In this document: positions 62,977 to 64,000 of the stretch, one piece after another | Layout of the letters: every line of letters begins with the position of its first letter | Position numbering within the stretch: position 1 is the first letter of the stretch | NCBI GenBank assembly: GCA_000004695.1 | Contig: CM000152.2 | Span: 4,928,001-4,992,000 of the forward strand | Length of the DNA stretch: 64,000 bases | Source of the DNA: Dictyostelium discoideum | Lineage: Eukaryota | Direction of reading: 5' to 3' | Notes under the pieces: generated by a model | Told to the model about the DNA's origin: nothing | Seen by the model: only the letters and a program-made list of their open reading frames with translations | Databases searched by the model: none | Translations under genes and position numbers: made by a program

Positions 62977-64000
<1,024 letters not shown>

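Overview
This is a eukaryotic nuclear window, not a prokaryotic one. It is about 20-25% GC, has long poly(A)/poly(T) and (AAT)n tracts, short AT-rich GT..AG introns and poly-Asn/Gln coding runs, which is characteristic of Dictyostelium discoideum. I support about 24 protein-coding genes on both strands. They are: the La protein 5' end; an ankyrin-RCC1-BTB gene; TOR kinase (a complete 3-exon model giving 2380 aa); two tandem small secreted paralogs; Mon1; a DNAJB12/14-like J-protein; a DDX19/Dbp5 DEAD-box helicase; a SINA-like RING E3 ligase; LSm2; the 12-TM adenylyl cyclase ACA (4 exons, exactly 1407 aa); two paralogous beta-helix-like type I membrane glycoproteins; a P4H-like/F-box/actin-related fusion protein; a B-box/FNIP-repeat protein; a small unknown 3-exon gene; COX15; a SMARCAL1-like SNF2 helicase; GPN2; a bacterial-type phosphohexomutase; a 2H phosphoesterase; and a Q/N-rich gene running off the 3' end. 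I found no rRNA, tRNA or CRISPR, and no prokaryotic defence or mobile system is present. The most interesting observations are as follows. A roughly 720-bp element with 160-bp inverted arms sits at 1167..1888. Two paralog pairs each have one copy with a lesion at a conserved codon: ATG to TTG in a start codon, and TGT to TGA at a splice-junction codon. Apparent one-base frame problems occur in a poly(A)42 tract of the RCC1-BTB gene and in a T5 run of GPN2. A single-ORF fusion of a 2OG oxygenase domain, an F-box and an Arp-like domain is an unusual architecture. A bacterial-like alpha-D-phosphohexomutase is present. A 100-bp motif is duplicated in a bidirectional promoter. All splice coordinates were hand-derived from the printed sequence and may be off by one or two bases.
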